NCBI RefSeq assembly: GCF_021166585.1
Contig: NZ_JAJOZE010000001.1
Span: forward strand, 56,062-80,061
Direction: 5' to 3'
Length of the DNA stretch: 24,000 nt
From: Metabacillus kandeliae
GTDB taxonomy: Bacteria > Bacillota > Bacilli > Bacillales > Bacillaceae
Below the pieces are notes generated by a model. The model had not been told where the DNA came from and ran no database searches. It saw only the letters and a list, made by a program, of their open reading frames with translations. Positions 22,512-24,000 of this stretch are shown here, piece after piece; position 1 is the stretch's first letter; each line of letters opens with the position of its first letter. Made by a program: the position numbers and the translations under genes.

Positions 22512-22533
22512 TGTCCAGCTCCAGCTGCTGGCC
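22512..22533. repeat. Solitary fragment of the 14.3-kb repeat family
   Basis: TGTCCAGCTCCAGCTGCTGGCC compared with TGTCCAGCTCCAGCCGCTAGCC (14395-14416) gives 20 of 22 identical positions. Confidence 0.5.
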
Positions 22534-22583
22534 TAAGCTGAAGACATTATAGCAGCGAACCAGGTAAATGAGGAGGTTTTAAG

Positions 22584-23777
22584 ATGCCGCGTTCTTTATG
22601 GCTTCTTGTGATCGGCACAATAATCAATGTAACTGCTTCTTCCTTTCTTTGGCCTTTAAATACAATTTATATCCATGATGAGCTTGGCAAATCGCTGACA
22701 ACAGCGGGATTTGTCCTTATGCTGAATGCCGGTGCCAGCGTTGCCGGCAACCTGTTCGGCGGTGTGCTGTTTGATAAAATCGGAGGGTACAAATCGATTC
22801 TCTTCGGCATCGTCATTACAATGCTTCCACTGGTCTGCTTAATTGTTAATCATTCATGGATGGTGTATGTCATTGCCCTGATTGTCATCGGGTTTGGAAC
22901 AGGTGTGGTCTTCCCTGCAACCTATGCGATGGCTGGAAGCGTCTGGCCTGAAGGCGGACGGAAAGCCTTTAATGCTGTGTATGTGGCCCAAAATTTCGGT
23001 GTGGCACTGGGTTCAGCTCTCGGCGGGCTTGTGGCATCCTATTCATTTGAATGGATTTTTCTTGCCAATGGCTTATTGTATGCCGTTTTCTTTTTGGTTG
23101 TTTTTTTCGGCTTCCGGAATATCGGGGTGCAGACAATCAATCCTGCTTCGGTTATTCAGAGAAGCAAGATGGAGAAGAACAAGAGCAAGCTGCTCGCTCT
23201 AACCTTTATTGCTGCCGGCTATCTTTTGTGCTGGATCGCTTACGTACAGTGGCAGTCCACCATTGCGGCCTATACGCAAAAGGTTCATATTTCACTTACC
23301 CAGTACAGCCTTCTTTGGACGATTAACGGAGCGCTGATAGTCCTTGCCCAGCCGCTTGTTTCATGGTTTGTCAAGCATGCGGCCAAATCGCTTAAAAAGC
23401 AGATGATCATCGGAATTGCCATTTTCATGGTTTCGTTCGGTGCTGCTGCAGCTGCAGAGGATTTTAGAGGCTTTTTCATTGCCATGGTGATTTTAACAAT
23501 TGGGGAAATGTTTGTCTGGCCTGCTGTGCCAACCATTGCCAATGATTTGGCTCCAAAAGGAAGAGAAGGCTTTTATCAAGGCTTTATCAACAGCACGGCA
23601 ACAGGCGGAAGGATGATTGGGCCGCTTCTCGGAGGCGCACTCGCCGATGCCTTCAGCATGCCGGTTCTTTTCGGTGTTCTGCTTGGACTTTTGATTGCCG
23701 GAATGGTCTTTACTATCGTTTATGACAGACCTCTGAAAGCCGAGGAAAAAGAAAAAAAGGTCGCTGTCAGCTCTTGA
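22584..23777 (+). CDS. Major facilitator superfamily transporter (12 TM)
   Basis: 397-aa hydrophobic ORF with two six-helix halves. MFS-type loop motif GGVLFDKIGGYKS. RBS GAGGAGG 7 nt upstream. Confidence 0.9.
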   Translation: MPRSLWLLVIGTIINVTASSFLWPLNTIYIHDELGKSLTTAGFVLMLNAGASVAGNLFGGVLFDKIGGYKSILFGIVITMLPLVCLIVNHSWMVYVIALIVIGFGTGVVFPATYAMAGSVWPEGGRKAFNAVYVAQNFGVALGSALGGLVASYSFEWIFLANGLLYAVFFLVVFFGFRNIGVQTINPASVIQRSKMEKNKSKLLALTFIAAGYLLCWIAYVQWQSTIAAYTQKVHISLTQYSLLWTINGALIVLAQPLVSWFVKHAAKSLKKQMIIGIAIFMVSFGAAAAAEDFRGFFIAMVILTIGEMFVWPAVPTIANDLAPKGREGFYQGFINSTATGGRMIGPLLGGALADAFSMPVLFGVLLGLLIAGMVFTIVYDRPLKAEEKEKKVAVSS

Positions 23778-23787
23778 TGGCAGAAGG

Positions 23788-23815
23788 AAAAGGCACGCGC
23801 GCTGCGTGCCTTTTT
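23788..23815 (+). terminator. Intrinsic terminator after the MFS gene
   Basis: GGCACGC-GCGCT-GCGTGCC followed by T5 and preceded by an A-run. Confidence 0.8.
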
Positions 23816-24000
23816 CTATTAAAGAAGAACACGTATTCTGTCAAAAAAGCAAAAATAATGAATTATTTGTTCGAAAATAATTTATATTCAAATGTATCCC
23901 TTGAAATAATAGGCTTAATGGCGTAATTGCTTACTCTCTTAAATATAGCAAAATAGTTAAATTGAATTATTTGGAATATTGAAAAAAATAATCCTTATTG

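Noticed and set aside
23820-24000. AT-rich tail after the MFS terminator.
   Set aside because: I could see no ORF, repeat or recognisable motif. It is probably the promoter region of a gene beyond the window.

Overview
This is a chromosomal window from a Bacillaceae-type Firmicute, with dense coding, strong GGAGG-type ribosome-binding sites, and TTG/GTG starts in use. All gene and family names rest on motif reading and my recall of reference genomes; I ran no searches.

The right half (about 11.6-22.3 kb) is syntenic with the Bacillus subtilis ytoA-ytpA-ytpB-ytqB-ytqA-ytzC-ytrABCDEF region. It differs in three ways: an MgtC/SapB-like gene is inserted, two small ORFs are missed by the ORF track, and the ytr operon has one permease instead of two.

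The left half encodes an OmpR/HK two-component system translationally coupled to a membrane-anchored MsrA-MsrB fusion. This is followed by a tightly coupled six-gene operon (3111-9588): a YnjB/C/D-like ABC importer, a TVP38/TMEM64 protein, a small CDP-alcohol phosphatidyltransferase and a CxxxxC flavoprotein disulfide reductase. A GT4 glycosyltransferase/PAP2 phosphatase pair converges on this operon.

The most interesting candidate system is this operon. It matches the uncharacterised E. coli ydjXYZ-ynjABCDEF neighbourhood in three membrane components, which suggests an undescribed import-plus-lipid-head-group pathway.

The non-coding highlights are:
- a 128-bp-periodic array of conserved modules alternating with covarying long hairpins (14246-14520);
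- a 20-21-bp-periodic GCCGATA repeat block between two terminators (17717-17812);
- a 12-bp x4.5 perfect tandem repeat that multiplies the TACACT half-site of the putative YtrA operator (17949-18008).
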